Assembly (NCBI GenBank): GCA_963750165.1
Contig: CAVVPN010000004.1
Span: forward strand, 1,184,001-1,248,000
Source: an uncultured Gemmataceae bacterium
GTDB lineage: Bacteria > Planctomycetota > Planctomycetia > Gemmatales > Gemmataceae
Length of the DNA stretch: 64,000 bases
Reading direction: 5' to 3'
In this document: piece after piece, positions 40,558 to 52,314 of the stretch
How the letters are laid out: each line of letters begins with the position of its first letter
Numbering within the stretch: position 1 is the stretch's first letter
Notes under the pieces: model-generated
The model's input: only the letters and a program-made list of their open reading frames with translations
Databases searched by the model: none
Told to the model about the DNA's origin: nothing
Program-made: the position numbers and the translations under genes

Positions 40558-42577
40558 ATGCCTCACGAGGCGGAACTGCGCACGAAGACAAGAAATCCCA
40601 TGCTCGACGATGCCATCCTGCACCCGTTGTTCGCGGACGCGCTGCACCCCGCGCACTTCTTCCTGGGTCCGGATTTGCGGCTCGAATGGTCGCACGTTCC
40701 GGCGGCCGTGGAGCCGTGGGAGGTGTTTCAGGGCCGCCTGCTGGAACCGCGCTTCACACGCCAGCAGCGCACTTTTTCCACCTGGAACGTCTTCGTCATC
40801 GACCACGGCGAGCGCTCGGGCGAACCGCTCCTGTCGCTGAAGCTGGACCGCGCCGCCGGCCAGCTGCATGTCGTGCGCGGCCTGCACTGCCACGTCTGGG
40901 AGAACTACACCGAGGCCGGCAATGTCCTGCTCAGCCGCGAGACGACAGCCTGGCTGCGCGAGTTGGTCGGCACCATTGATCTGGCGCCGCCCCGACGCCG
41001 CAGAACTGCGCGCGGAAGTTGCGGAGTTGTTGTTTCACGCCGTCATCGGCACGAGCCGGCTGCCGCTGAGTTCTGTGGAGGCGCCGCACACGCTGTTTAC
41101 GTTCGGCCGGCTGGCATACTTCCCGCACATCACGTCGGCCGACGCCGAGCCGATGCGCACGCCGCAGGAGTTGATCGAGCGCGGCCTGACGGCGACCCTA
41201 CCGCGACGCGAATACGTCAAATTGCTGGAAACACTGCTGCGGGCGACGCCGGTGGACGAACTGGCCGAGATGACACGCCAGTTGATGGTACGCTGCCTCG
41301 CACTTGGCCGCGCGTGCCAGGACTGGTGCAGTGTGCCGCACGCGCTGCGGTTGCTGTTCCTGGAAGTTTCGCTGTCGCCGTGGACGGGGTTCGTCGAGAA
41401 CGCCCTCGCGTTCGTGCGGCAGCTGGAGGCCGAGGGCTGGCACTCGCTCGCCGAGCGGCTCGACCTGTTGACGGAGCTGCTAACACTCCTCGCCGACCAC
41501 CTCACCGCCTACGACCTGATTACCTTCCACTACCGCGGTGCGAACTATCCAGACGCACTGTTTCTGGACCTCCTTCTGAAGGAGTGCTTGGACCTGGCGG
41601 AGCGGCGGCCCGAGCTGTTCCGGGCGGAGGCCGCACCCGCGAACAGGCAGGACGCCCCGTGCAAGCGCCGCCAGGCACTGCTGCGCGGCTGGCTGCTGCG
41701 CCGCTGCTACGAGGGTCATCCGGTGCCGGACGCGCCGACCTCGCCGGGCGAAAACACGCGCGTCCTGCCGCCGCCGCACGTCCACGTCCCCGAGGAGCAA
41801 ATCCTGCAAACGACGCGGCGTCGCCGCCGGTTGTTCGAGAACGACTCGCTGCCCATCGGGTCCGAGTCGCTGGGCGTGCTGCACCAGGGCGTGGCGAACC
41901 TGTTCGACCCGAGGCTGCTGGCGGACCTGGGCCGGGCCGTGTTCATCGACCGTCCCCTGGGCGTCTTCAAGGCGCCCGCGGAGCCGGACCTGACGCGGCT
42001 GCTGGCCTACCGGGCCGTGAGCCCGTCCATCGCGGCGCGTCGGCTAGAGCAGTTGCTGCGCGACCCAATACTGGCGGCGCCGCCGGCGCTGGCAGAGCAA
42101 TTGTGTGCCAAAATAGCCGCAGGACTCACCGTGCGCGGCCTGCCGATCCGCGACGTGCCGGAGGAGTCGAGACCCGTCGTCGCGCTGGCCGACGCCCGCA
42201 AGGTTGCCGCGGATTTCGTCGTGGTGAGTACGCTGCCTGCCGGGCGGCACTGGCTGCGCGACCAACTGGTCGCTGCGGACCTCCATATCCGTTTCGACCT
42301 GAACTACCTGGCCTACGACACACAGGTGTTGATCGTCCGCGTGGCGCCGCACGGCACCGAATGGGAACCGGTGCTGGCCGTCTATGATGGCGAGTACCGC
42401 AAGCGCCTGGAACTGGGCGTGCGTCCAGCGGACGGCTACGAGCGGCGCGGAGTGCGGGAAATGCCCGCGTCAGGATTGCGATTGCTGCGCGTGTGGCAGG
42501 AGGAGGCGGGCGGGCTGCGCGAGATCGATCTGACGGGGGAAATGGTGATGCTGAGGCCGCCGCCGCAAGCAGGGTAA
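40558..42577 (+). CDS. Hypothetical protein (frameshift near 40990)
   Basis: Two overlapping long ORFs with host-like codon use. Confidence 0.65.
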
Positions 42578-42766
42578 TGTCGGCGGGCGCGGGACCGGGC
42601 AAACCGGTGGGGCGGCGCCGGTTGTGCGGGCGCTGCGGGCCGTGCCGGGGGTAGGGAATCAGTGACAAGGGGTTGTCACCGAGCGAAGCGGACTGCACAA
42701 TAGCAGCAGGGACAGCGACGACCGCCCAGGCGCCGGCGAACGAATCACCAACCCAAGGAGACCGCG

Positions 42767-43327
42767 ATGCGACGAACCACTTTGTGGTGCGGGCTGAGCC
42801 TGCTGGGCCTGTGTGCGTGGACCGGGACAAGCGCGGCGCAGGTGGTGGTCCGCGGGCCGTTCGGGCGGACGTGGGTGGCGGTGCAGCCGACGCCGACCGG
42901 CGGCACCGTGGTGAAGGCGCCGCTCGTGCTGGTGCAGACGGGGCCGCCCGTGGTGGTGCCGCCACCGCCGCCCGTGGTCATTCAACAGCCGCCGCCGCCC
43001 GTGATCGTGCAACCGCCCCCGCCGCAACCGCTGGTGCAACCGCCGCCGCCCCAGCAGCTGGTCGTGCCGCCGCCGCCCGCCGTGGTGCTGCCGACCAAAC
43101 CGCTGACGCACGCGGAGTTCGCCCGCATCTTCCAACCGCTGCCCGGTACCTATAGCGTGGTGCTGGTCCACCCCGGCAGCGGGGCGCCGGTCCCCGTCAC
43201 CTTCACGCTGCCAGCGGGCAACCCCCGGGTGCGTGTCCTGCACCGCAACCTCATCTTCGACTATGGCCGTCATGAGGTGGACATCCGCTTCGCCATCCAC
43301 GGCAAGGTCAAGGTGATCGCGCGCTAA
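42767..43327 (+). CDS. Exported proline-rich protein
   Basis: Signal peptide; V(V/I)QPPPPP repeats. Confidence 0.8.
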   Translation: MRRTTLWCGLSLLGLCAWTGTSAAQVVVRGPFGRTWVAVQPTPTGGTVVKAPLVLVQTGPPVVVPPPPPVVIQQPPPPVIVQPPPPQPLVQPPPPQQLVVPPPPAVVLPTKPLTHAEFARIFQPLPGTYSVVLVHPGSGAPVPVTFTLPAGNPRVRVLHRNLIFDYGRHEVDIRFAIHGKVKVIAR

Positions 43328-43371
43328 CCGCTCCCGTGCTGAAGGGCGTGCAGCCGATCCCTGGCCTGGCG

Positions 43372-44808
43372 TCAATCCAGCCGCAGTACCCAGATCGCCA
43401 GCGCGACGAAGCCGGCCCCGAACGCGGTCAACACGCCGCAGGACTGCGCCACCAGCGCCAGGTTCGGCGTCGGGCTGGCCAGCAGCTGGCGGTAGGCGTC
43501 CAGCGCCCAGGCGTGCGGCGTGATCCGCGACAGCTGCTGCATCTGTTCGGGCATCAATGAGCGGTCGCCCATCAGGCTGCCACTCAGGCCCGCCAGCACC
43601 AGCACCAGCAGCGTGCCATAAATGGCCACCTGCGTCTCGGTTTGCGCCAGTGCCGCCACCAGCAGCGCCAGGCCCATCGCCGCGAACGAGGTCGTCAGCA
43701 CCAGCGGCACCAGCCACAGCGGGTCCGGCCCCCAGCTCATGCCGAACAGCAGCCGGCCTGCGCCGAGCAGGAAAAAGCCCTGCGCCAGCGACAGCAAAAA
43801 GCACGGAATCAGCTTGCCCAGGACGATCTGCCAGCGCGTCAGCGGCGCCGCCTTGAGGCGCTTCAGGGTGCCCTGCCGCCGTTCACCGACGAACAGCCAG
43901 CCGACCGTCAGCACCAGGAAGAACGCGAACATCACCAGGTACGACGGCACCAATACCTGGTAGCGCCGGGCGCCGAGCTTGAGCAGGCCCGAGCCCTCCT
44001 CGTGGTAGCGGGCCACCTCGGCGGTGCCGCGTTTGGCCTCGCCCTCCGCCTTCGTCAGCGACGCCCAGGTCTTGCCCGTCAGGTTGTACTTGGAAAACAG
44101 CGCCTGCAGTGCCTTTTGCACACCGTCCGCCAGGTCCTTTCGGTCCTTGTCCGTGACGAACGCGCTGTTCAAGCTTCGCAACAGGAACGATTTGCTGCCC
44201 GTCTTTTGTGCCTCCTCGCTCAGCAATTTCACGAACTCCGGTTTGCCGATCTGCTCGAACGCCTTGCCGATCATCCACGGCATGACCACGCGCATCAGAC
44301 TGACCTGTGCCACCTGGTCGATGATGGCGGACGCGGTCGCCTGGGTCGGATCCTTGAGGATTTCCACGTCGAGTTCCTTCAGCCGCACGCCATCGCGGCC
44401 GAAGGGGTTGATGCCTTCCGGCGTGTTCAGGAACGACGAGCGCGACACGCGGCGGCTGAAGTCGGGGCCGAACACCAGGATGGCCGCTCGCTGACTGTTG
44501 TGGATCAACTCGTTCGCCTTGTCAAGATTGTCCACGACTTCCAGGCGGATGTCGGCGGTCTGGGCCAGGTCGTCGCGCACCACCTCGGACCACTTTTTCT
44601 TGAAGTGTTCCTTCGACTGGCTGTCGCCCTCGTCCAGGTCCAGGATAGTGACGCGCAGGCGGTCGTCGGGCTTCTGGCCGAAGCCCTCGCCCAGCGAGGC
44701 GCCCAGCACCAGGATGAAGATGAGAGGCATCGCCAGCAGGATGACCATGGCGCGGGCATCGCGCAGCAGCAGCCGCAGGTCCTTCTTCGCCAACGTCCAG
44801 ATCACCAT
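43372..44808 (-). CDS. ABC-2 type permease
   Basis: KDLRLLLRD, ERRQGTLKRL, multiple TM segments. Confidence 0.92.
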   Translation of the reverse strand: MVIWTLAKKDLRLLLRDARAMVILLAMPLIFILVLGASLGEGFGQKPDDRLRVTILDLDEGDSQSKEHFKKKWSEVVRDDLAQTADIRLEVVDNLDKANELIHNSQRAAILVFGPDFSRRVSRSSFLNTPEGINPFGRDGVRLKELDVEILKDPTQATASAIIDQVAQVSLMRVVMPWMIGKAFEQIGKPEFVKLLSEEAQKTGSKSFLLRSLNSAFVTDKDRKDLADGVQKALQALFSKYNLTGKTWASLTKAEGEAKRGTAEVARYHEEGSGLLKLGARRYQVLVPSYLVMFAFFLVLTVGWLFVGERRQGTLKRLKAAPLTRWQIVLGKLIPCFLLSLAQGFFLLGAGRLLFGMSWGPDPLWLVPLVLTTSFAAMGLALLVAALAQTETQVAIYGTLLVLVLAGLSGSLMGDRSLMPEQMQQLSRITPHAWALDAYRQLLASPTPNLALVAQSCGVLTAFGAGFVALAIWVLRLD

Positions 44809-44837
44809 AGTAGTGGCCAGTGGTCAGTGGTTAGTGG

Positions 44838-45773
44838 TCAGTCTCGCAAGCCGCGCCCGGTCAAATGCAGGAACACACGCTCCAAATTCGGCTCCTCCGT
44901 CTCCAGGCTCGTCAGCTCGATGTGCAGTTCCGTCAGCAGCGCCAGCGCCTCGACAAGCACGTGCTTGATGTCACGGCTGCTCAACTCCAGCGTGCGGCGG
45001 TCCGCCTCGCGCACGCGCACGCCCGGCAGCGCCTCCAGACGCTGCCGCAGCGCTGGCGTCACCTCCGGTACGCGGATGCGGATGAGCCCCTCCAGCCGCG
45101 TCAGCAGGTTTTCCAGCGTGTCACAGGCGATAATGTTGCCGTGATCCATGATGCCGATGCGCGGGCACAGCGCCTGCACCTCTTCCATGTAATGGCTGGT
45201 GTAGATGACCGTGACGCCACCGGCGTTCAGGCGGCGGACGCCCTCGAAGATGTGGTTGCGCGACTGCGGATCGACGCCGGTGGTCGGCTCGTCGAGCAGC
45301 AACAACCGCGGGCCATGCACCAGCGCCGCGCCCAGGTTCAGCCGCCGTTTCATGCCACCGGAGAATGTGTCCGCCCGGTCGCCGGCCCGGTCCTCCAAAC
45401 CGATGGCCGCCAGCACTTCCTCGACGCGCTGGCGCAGCGGTTCGCCGCGCAGGCCGTACAGCTCGCCGAAAAACAGCAGGTTTTCGCGGGCGCTCAACTC
45501 GTTGTAAATGGCCAGTTCCTGCGGCACGATGCCGATCTGCCGCCGCAGTTCGCGATCACGGCGGACGAGCGGCCGGCCCTCCAACCGGGCCTCGCCAGCG
45601 GTCGGCTCCAGCAGACAGGAGATGATGGACAGCAGCGTGGTTTTGCCGGCCCCGTTCGGCCCGAGCAGGCCGAACAGCTCGCCCTGGTAAACCTGGAGAT
45701 TGACCTTATCCAGGGCGACGAGTTTGCCGTAGCGCTTGCACAGGTCGTGCAGTTCGAGCATCACCGGGGCCAT
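44838..45773 (-). CDS. ABC transporter ATP-binding protein
   Basis: GPNGAGKTT, FSGGM, LLLDEPT. Confidence 0.96.
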   Translation of the reverse strand: MAPVMLELHDLCKRYGKLVALDKVNLQVYQGELFGLLGPNGAGKTTLLSIISCLLEPTAGEARLEGRPLVRRDRELRRQIGIVPQELAIYNELSARENLLFFGELYGLRGEPLRQRVEEVLAAIGLEDRAGDRADTFSGGMKRRLNLGAALVHGPRLLLLDEPTTGVDPQSRNHIFEGVRRLNAGGVTVIYTSHYMEEVQALCPRIGIMDHGNIIACDTLENLLTRLEGLIRIRVPEVTPALRQRLEALPGVRVREADRRTLELSSRDIKHVLVEALALLTELHIELTSLETEEPNLERVFLHLTGRGLRD

Positions 45774-45914
45774 GACTACCTCACTCGGGCGGCGCCTCCC
45801 CGGTCATGATAGGACAAGCGTGAGAACGTGTCTGCCGGATGGGTCAAAGCCCGAGCGCCAGCGAGGGGCAGCGCTGCCCCCACGCTGGCGCTCGGGCTCC
45901 GACGCGATTTGGGA

Positions 45915-47564
45915 TCAGTCGTTGTCGAAGAACTCCTGCGAGTTTAGGAACTGAATTTCGATCTGGTCCAGGTCCATCCCCGACTGCACCCAACCCTGCA
46001 GGCCGTGGTCATCGGGGTCGCGGTGCAGGAAGTTCTGATAGAACGAGGTGATGACGTTCGTGCGGTACTCCGCGGACACCAGGAAGTCCAGGGCCACCGT
46101 CTGCCGGCCCTGGCGCTGCACGTCGGTCAGCCAGGCGTTCAGGTCCGTGGTGCTCGGCGTGCGGTAGAGCACCAACTGATACACGGCGAGGATGAAGTTC
46201 TGGTCGGCGTTGCTGCCGCCGGTCAGGCCGTTGGCCCGGGCGGCGAACTCGGGCGTCGCCAGCAACTGCGCGAGCAACTGCTCCTGCGACATGCCGTTCT
46301 GCAGCCCATGCACCCAGCCCATCTCCTCGTTGCCCTGCGGCGCCCGGTTCAGGAACGTCTGATACAGGAAGCGGACGTAATCGTCGAAGTACTCCTCGGA
46401 GTGCAGGATCGCCTGCAGGGCGGCGGTCTGGTCGTGGCCGTTGAAGAACTGCTGCCAGCCGGCCAGTTCGTGATCGTCGGCGTCGCGGTTCAGCTTCAGC
46501 TGGTACAGGTTCTCGATGAAGATGTCGTCGTCGTTGGACAGCACCTTCTCGACGTTCACCAGCGTGGTCGTGACGCCGTTGCCCGGCAGGACGCGCGCGG
46601 ACAGGTAATCGGTGCCGGTGCCGCCGTCCAGCGTCAGGTTCTGCAGGCCGGTCGGCGTCGCCGTGAGGGTGAGCGCGAACAGGTCGTTGCCACCCAGGCC
46701 GTTGACGGTCACGCTGGCCTTGTTGGCGAAGGTGATGGGCACGAAGCTCTGCGCCTGGTTGGGCATCGGCGGCATCTGGCCAGGGGCGCCGGCATGTCGC
46801 CCTGGGCCAGGGCCTGGTCCTCGTGGTCCTTGTCCACCACGACGGGTTGCGGGCCGTGGCCGGGGGGGCCGCCGGGCGGCGGCGGTTGCAGCACGACGAT
46901 CGGTTGGTCGCTGTTCAGCGGTTGGATGGTGGCCGTGGTCACGCCGGGCGGCGCGCCGGCGCCGGCATGCCGTTGGTGATCTGGATCAGGTCGCGGCCAT
47001 CGGTGCCGTTGACGGTCAGATTGGCCGCCGTCGCTGTGTCCTCGAGCGCTTTGACCTGGCTGAAGGTGACCGTCAATGCCGGCGGGGTGGCGCTGGCGCC
47101 GCCGCTGAAGGTGAGCGTGCCGGAGGTGCCGTCCGCCCCGAAGGTGTAGGTCTCGTTCAGACTCACGCCGCTGGGGTTGCCCTGGATGGTGATGGTGTTC
47201 TGGCCAATGCCGCCGACGATGTTGATCGGCAGGGTCGAGGTGCCGTTGGCGTTGATCAGGCCGTTGCCCAGGTTGAGCGTGATGTTATCGTTGCCGCCTG
47301 CGCCGTTGACGTTAACCTGTGTGACGCTGGTCAGAGCGAAGCTTTGAGTGCTGCTGCCGTCACTGACCTGAATCATGGTGTTGTCGCTGGGGTTCAGCTC
47401 GACGCGGAGCTGGTCGGGGCCGGGGGTGCCGGTGACGGCCAGGGTGCCGTTGGTCAGGGTGATGGTCGGCACCGTACGGTCTTCCAGCGCCTCCACGCTG
47501 GGCCGCGGGCTTATCCGGGCAGAACGGCGGCGAATCGGGGACAACGTTGCGCGAACAGACCCAT
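45915..47564 (-). CDS. Extracellular DUF4214/SpaA-like repeat protein (several frameshifts)
   Basis: VEALEDRTVP export motif; repeated LYQ.FL.R.PD..G...W. Confidence 0.75.
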
Positions 47565-48071
47565 GGGTGAACTCCTTAAAAAAAGGCCTGAAAAGGACTC
47601 CGCAGGTTGAACCCAGGGCAATGCCGTGCGCAGACTGGGCGGGAGCTTGGTTCCGTGGACGAGACGCACCGGGATCATGGAATGCGAGAAGAACCCGGGC
47701 GCGGTGGCTCGTGCAGTGCGGCCCCGCCCTCGCGGCGCGACCGGCCAACCCGCGACGGGTTGCCTTTGGAGTGTAACGTTGGTCTTTTCGGCAAGTGCAA
47801 CCAGCATGCCAGGGGCGGCGAGCCTGGCCGAAATGCCTGGCGGCGCGGGGAGTCCGTCAACCAGGAGCGCTGGGACGGCGGTGTTTCATTTAAGACAATA
47901 GGGATGGGGCCGCATATGGATGCAGGCGTCCGGTCAGTCGTTTCCCGGCCCGAGCGGTTCCACGCCCGAGGTCGCATCCCGGTTGCCTGGCAAGGTAGTG
48001 CCAACCCCCTGGCACTGCCTTGCCCAGGGAGTGGATACTGCAAGATATTTATGAACGTTGATGTGTTTGAC

Positions 48072-48449
48072 TTAGCTGCCGTGCGCGGCCTGCCGCCGCC
48101 AGGCCGCCAGCACCTCCGGCAGCGGGTACTCCGGGATCGCCAACCCGAGCGTCGGCAACTCCTGCAGGCGTCGCCAGCCGCGCGTCACACGCCGCTCTTC
48201 CTCCGCCACGAAGGCCGCGTCCAGGTGCTCCTTGGCGAACACCCCGTCGCAGCGCACCGGCGCGAAGGCCGGATCGACCACGTACTGCGCCACCGCCGGG
48301 TTGCAGCGGATGTGCCGTTCGCGCTGCGTCGGCAGCGCCAGCGGGTGGACCTCACCGAGAACGTAGCGCAGGTACAGGTCCGACTCGGTGATCGCCTCCA
48401 CGTCGTGACCGCATACGTCGCACAGATAGCCCTGTTCGCACCGGACCAT
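48072..48449 (-). CDS. Hypothetical Cys-containing protein
   Basis: CEQGYLCDVCG; HIRCNP; GGAGG RBS. Confidence 0.7.
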   Translation of the reverse strand: MVRCEQGYLCDVCGHDVEAITESDLYLRYVLGEVHPLALPTQRERHIRCNPAVAQYVVDPAFAPVRCDGVFAKEHLDAAFVAEEERRVTRGWRRLQELPTLGLAIPEYPLPEVLAAWRRQAAHGS

Positions 48450-48609
48450 GCTCCCTCCATTGCGGACTGAAAGGCAAATCCAGCATAGCAGGTTTTCAAT
48501 CCGCAATCGGCAGCTCGCAATCCGCAATCCAGATTGCCAGCCGGATGTACAATACGGGTGGAGCCCGTTCCCGGCCGACCGGCCATTCTCTTTACGTCAT
48601 GAGGACCGC

Positions 48610-50518
48610 ATGAGCATTTCGACCCCGCCCGAGCGCGACGCCAGCTTCGCCGAGACCGCCCTCCGCCAGGCCGGCAAGACCGAGGAGGAAGCCCGCCGCA
48701 CCGGTGCCGTGGACAAGGCCGACGAACAGGTCGAGTCCCTGTTCGCGCAGCAGTATCAGACCGTCCATAGCCCCGTCCACAAGGCGATCTGGGAGGGCCG
48801 CATTCCGCTGGAACTGTTCAGCCCGCCGCCGCTGCCGCCGACCGCCCCCTGTGACGCGGCCATGCAAAAGTCCCTGGACATCGTCAGCAAACGCCGCGCC
48901 GAGGGCCGGCTTTACGACGCGCACGGCAAGATGGAGCCGGAGCTGCTGCAGGAGTTGGCAGTGGCCGGCTACTGGGGCATGTTGATCGATCCCAAGTACG
49001 GCGGCCAGGGGGCGCCGTTCGCGCGCTTCACGCACTTCCTGACCCGCGTGGCGGTGCAGGACGCAATGATCGCCGGCCTGGCGTCGGTGCACGGCTGCAT
49101 CGGTGCGGTGGACCCGGTGCGCAGCTTCGGCAACGCTGAGCAAAAGGCCCGCTTCCTGCCGCGGCTCGCCAGCGGCCAGTCGCTGTCAGGCTTCGCGCTG
49201 ACGGAGCCCGGCGCCGGCTCGGATCTGACCGCACTGCGCACCACGGCAACGCCCGTCGGCGACGACTTCGAGGTCACCGGCGAAAAGTTGTTCATCACCA
49301 ACGCCATCCCCGGCCGCACGGTCGGCCTGGTGGTGATGCTGGAGGGCAAGCCCGCGGTGCTGATCGCCGACCTGCCGGCCCAGGAGGATGAGCACTTCCA
49401 GGTGGTGCCGTATGGCCTGTACGCGCTGCGGCACGGCCACAACAACGGACTGCGCTTCAACCGCTTCCGGGTGCCGCGCCAACCTGCTGAAGCCGCCGGT
49501 GGGCGACGGCCTGACGATCGCCTACCACGGGCTGAACCTGGGCCGGCTGGCGCTGTGCGCCGGGGCGGCCGGCACCATGCGCGTGCTGCTGGCGAACCTG
49601 CTGCCGTGGGCACACTTCCGCCGCACTTACGGCCAGCCGATCGACACGCGCGAGCTGGTGAAGCGGCGCATCGCCCGGTTGGCGGGGTTGATCGCCGGCG
49701 CGGACGCGCTGGTGGCGTGGGGCTCGTGGCTGATCGACCAGGGCTACCGTGGCGAGCTGGAGTGCGTCATTGCCAAGATTTTCGGCAGCGAAGCGCTGAA
49801 GGAGTCGGCGATTGAATTATTCATGAAGACGCACGGCGGCCGCTCGTTCCTGAAGGGCCACCTGTTCGGCGACAACGTGTACGACTACCTGGCGCCGTGC
49901 ATCTACGAGGGCGAGGGCGAGATGCTGGGCCTGGCGTTCTTCAAGTCGCTGGTGAAGGAGCACGGCAAACAGTTCTTCGAGCCGATCGGCAAGGTGCTGC
50001 AACAGCACCACATGAAGACGTTGGTGCCGTATAACCCGATCCACCTGTGGCGGCTGCGGCGCGAGTTGACGGCGTACAGTCAGTGGTCGCTGGGCCAGCA
50101 GTTGCGGCGCCGCGACCGGCAGACAGTGCCGGGGATGGACGCCCGGCTGCGCGGCCACCTGGAGTTTGTGCAGGACTTCTGTGGCCGCCAACCGCTGGAG
50201 ATCAGCGCGGCGCTGCGCAAGCATCAGTTGAAGCTGGCGGATCGGCAGTGCCGCATGGCGGAGCTGTCGCAGCGCGTGCAGGACGTGATGGTGCTGCTGG
50301 TGACGACGCTGTGGGCGCACGGGCAGCAGAACGAACCGGCGGTACTGGCGGCGGACATTCTCTGCCAGGATCTGCGCCGCAAGTTGACTGGTCAGCGGCC
50401 CGAGGACCGGTACTATCGCGATTGCAGCAAGCTGGCGGATGTGATCATCGGCGGCGGTTTCGAGGCGCTGGCGGGGGCTCCGCAGCAAGAGATTTTGATG
50501 CCGTATGAGAACCGCTGA
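48610..50518 (+). CDS. Acyl-CoA dehydrogenase family (frameshift near 49480)
   Basis: FALTEPGAGSD, GEKLFITN, IYEGEGE. Confidence 0.9.
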
Positions 50519-50613
50519 GGCGGCGGGCTCTACTGCCCCCGTGTACGTTTCGCGCGGACTCGAGCTGCGCGAAACGTACACGGGGCAGGGTTGTACGCCA
50601 ACTCTGAAGGTGG

Positions 50614-52200
50614 TCACGACCACTGACCCAGAATGGTCCGCGCCGCGTTCCAGCCGGCGGCGCCGATGACGCCGCCGCCCGGGTGCGCCGCCGAACCGCA
50701 CAGGAACAGCTTCTTGATCGGCGTCTTGTAACCCGCGTATCCCGGCACCGGCCGCATCACGAACAGCTGGTTCAGCAGCATCGAGCCCTGGAAAATGTTG
50801 CCGCCCGTCAGGCCGAAGGTCCGCTCCAGGTCCAGCGGCGTCACGATCTGCCGGTCGATCACCGCCGATTTGAAGTTCGGCGCGTACTCATTGAGGATGT
50901 CGAAGCAGCGATCCGCGAACTGATCCTTGATCTCGTCCCAGGTGCCTTCCTTGAGCTTGTAGGGCGCGTACTGGATGAACATCGACATCAGATGCTTGCC
51001 CGGCGGCGCCACGGTCGGATCGACCACGGACGCCATCGTGCATTCCAGCACCGGGTTCTGCGATGGCCGGCCATACTTGGCGTCGTCGAAGGCGTGCTCG
51101 ATGTAATCCTGGTCCGGGCAGATGTGGATGGTGCCGCGGTGCTGCGGCCCCGGAACGCCAGGACACGCATTGAAGTTCGGCAGTTCCGACAGGGCCACGT
51201 TGATCTTCAGCGAGGCGCTGTCGTAGTTGATGTTGGCGACGACCTCGGCGAACTCCGGCGGCAAAATCTTCGGGTCGATCAACTTCTGGAAGGTCCAGCG
51301 GCAGTCGAGATTGCTGGCCACCGCCCGTGTCGCCTCGAACTGCTCGCCGCTCTGCAGCACCACGCCCACCGCGGTGCCGTTCTGCACCAGAATCTTCGCC
51401 ACCTCCGCCTCGGTGCGCACCTCCACGCCGAGGTCCTTGCCGGCCTTCGCCAGCGCCTGCGTCAGACCGCCCATGCCGCCGCGTGTGTAGCTCCAGACGC
51501 CCTTCTTGCCGTTGGTCTCGCCCATGACGTGGTGGAACAGCACATACGCGGTGCCCGGCTGCGACGGCGCTGCGAAGGCCCCGATGATGGCGTCGGTCGC
51601 CAGCGTCGCCTTGAGCTGCTCCGACTCGAACCAGCGGTCCAGCAGTGGCCGGGCGGCGCCGGTCAAAATCTCGACCGCCTCGGCCATCTTGCTGCCCAGG
51701 CTCTGAAACTTGCGGCCCAGCTGGAACAGTCGCCAGGCGTCGCCGATGCCCGGCCAGACCACGTTCGGCGGCCGCTGAATGATCGTCGGCTCGATCACCG
51801 CCGCGACGCGCTCCAGCATCTTTTCGTACTTGGGGTACGCCTCGGCATCGCGGGCGCTGAACTTGCTGATCTCGCGCTGGTTCAGCTGGGCGTCGGGCCC
51901 CATGAGCAGATAGCGGCCGTCCAGGAAGGGCGAGAAGGACGACGGGTTGCGCTCCAGCGACTCGAAGCCGTAGTCGCGCAGCTTGAGGTCGCGGACGATT
52001 TCGGGGCGGAAGAGACTGTTGACGTAGGCCGCCGTGGACACCTTGAAGCCGGGGAAGACCTCCTCGGTGACGCAGGCGCCGCCGACCACGTAGCGGCGTT
52101 CGAGCACCAGCACCTTCCAGCCGGCCTTCGCCAGATAGCAGGCCGTCACCAGCCCGTTGTGACCGCCGCCGATGATAATCGCGTCATACTTTCCAGCCAT
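50614..52200 (-). CDS. Phytoene desaturase-like FAD oxidoreductase
   Basis: IIGGGHNGL; GGNIFQG; HPGGGV. Confidence 0.9.
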   Translation of the reverse strand: MAGKYDAIIIGGGHNGLVTACYLAKAGWKVLVLERRYVVGGACVTEEVFPGFKVSTAAYVNSLFRPEIVRDLKLRDYGFESLERNPSSFSPFLDGRYLLMGPDAQLNQREISKFSARDAEAYPKYEKMLERVAAVIEPTIIQRPPNVVWPGIGDAWRLFQLGRKFQSLGSKMAEAVEILTGAARPLLDRWFESEQLKATLATDAIIGAFAAPSQPGTAYVLFHHVMGETNGKKGVWSYTRGGMGGLTQALAKAGKDLGVEVRTEAEVAKILVQNGTAVGVVLQSGEQFEATRAVASNLDCRWTFQKLIDPKILPPEFAEVVANINYDSASLKINVALSELPNFNACPGVPGPQHRGTIHICPDQDYIEHAFDDAKYGRPSQNPVLECTMASVVDPTVAPPGKHLMSMFIQYAPYKLKEGTWDEIKDQFADRCFDILNEYAPNFKSAVIDRQIVTPLDLERTFGLTGGNIFQGSMLLNQLFVMRPVPGYAGYKTPIKKLFLCGSAAHPGGGVIGAAGWNAARTILGQWS

Positions 52201-52220
52201 GGAATACTCACTGAAAGAGG

Positions 52221-52312
52221 AAATTGCAAATTGCAGATTGCAAATTGCAGATTGACAGACAGCGAATTGAGATGATTTTCAATTTGCAATCTGCAATTTG
52301 CAATTTGCAATT
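52221..52312. repeat. Inverted block of heptamer repeats (AAATTGC/AGATTGC)
   Basis: About 5 heptamers, spacer, about 5 inverted heptamers. Confidence 0.85.
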
Positions 52313-52314
52313 TT

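Noticed and set aside
16000..50518. Many frameshifted genes as true pseudogenes or programmed frameshifts
   Set aside because: Mostly single indels in otherwise intact genes with both halves conserved; most likely long-read consensus errors. Needs read-level polishing to confirm.
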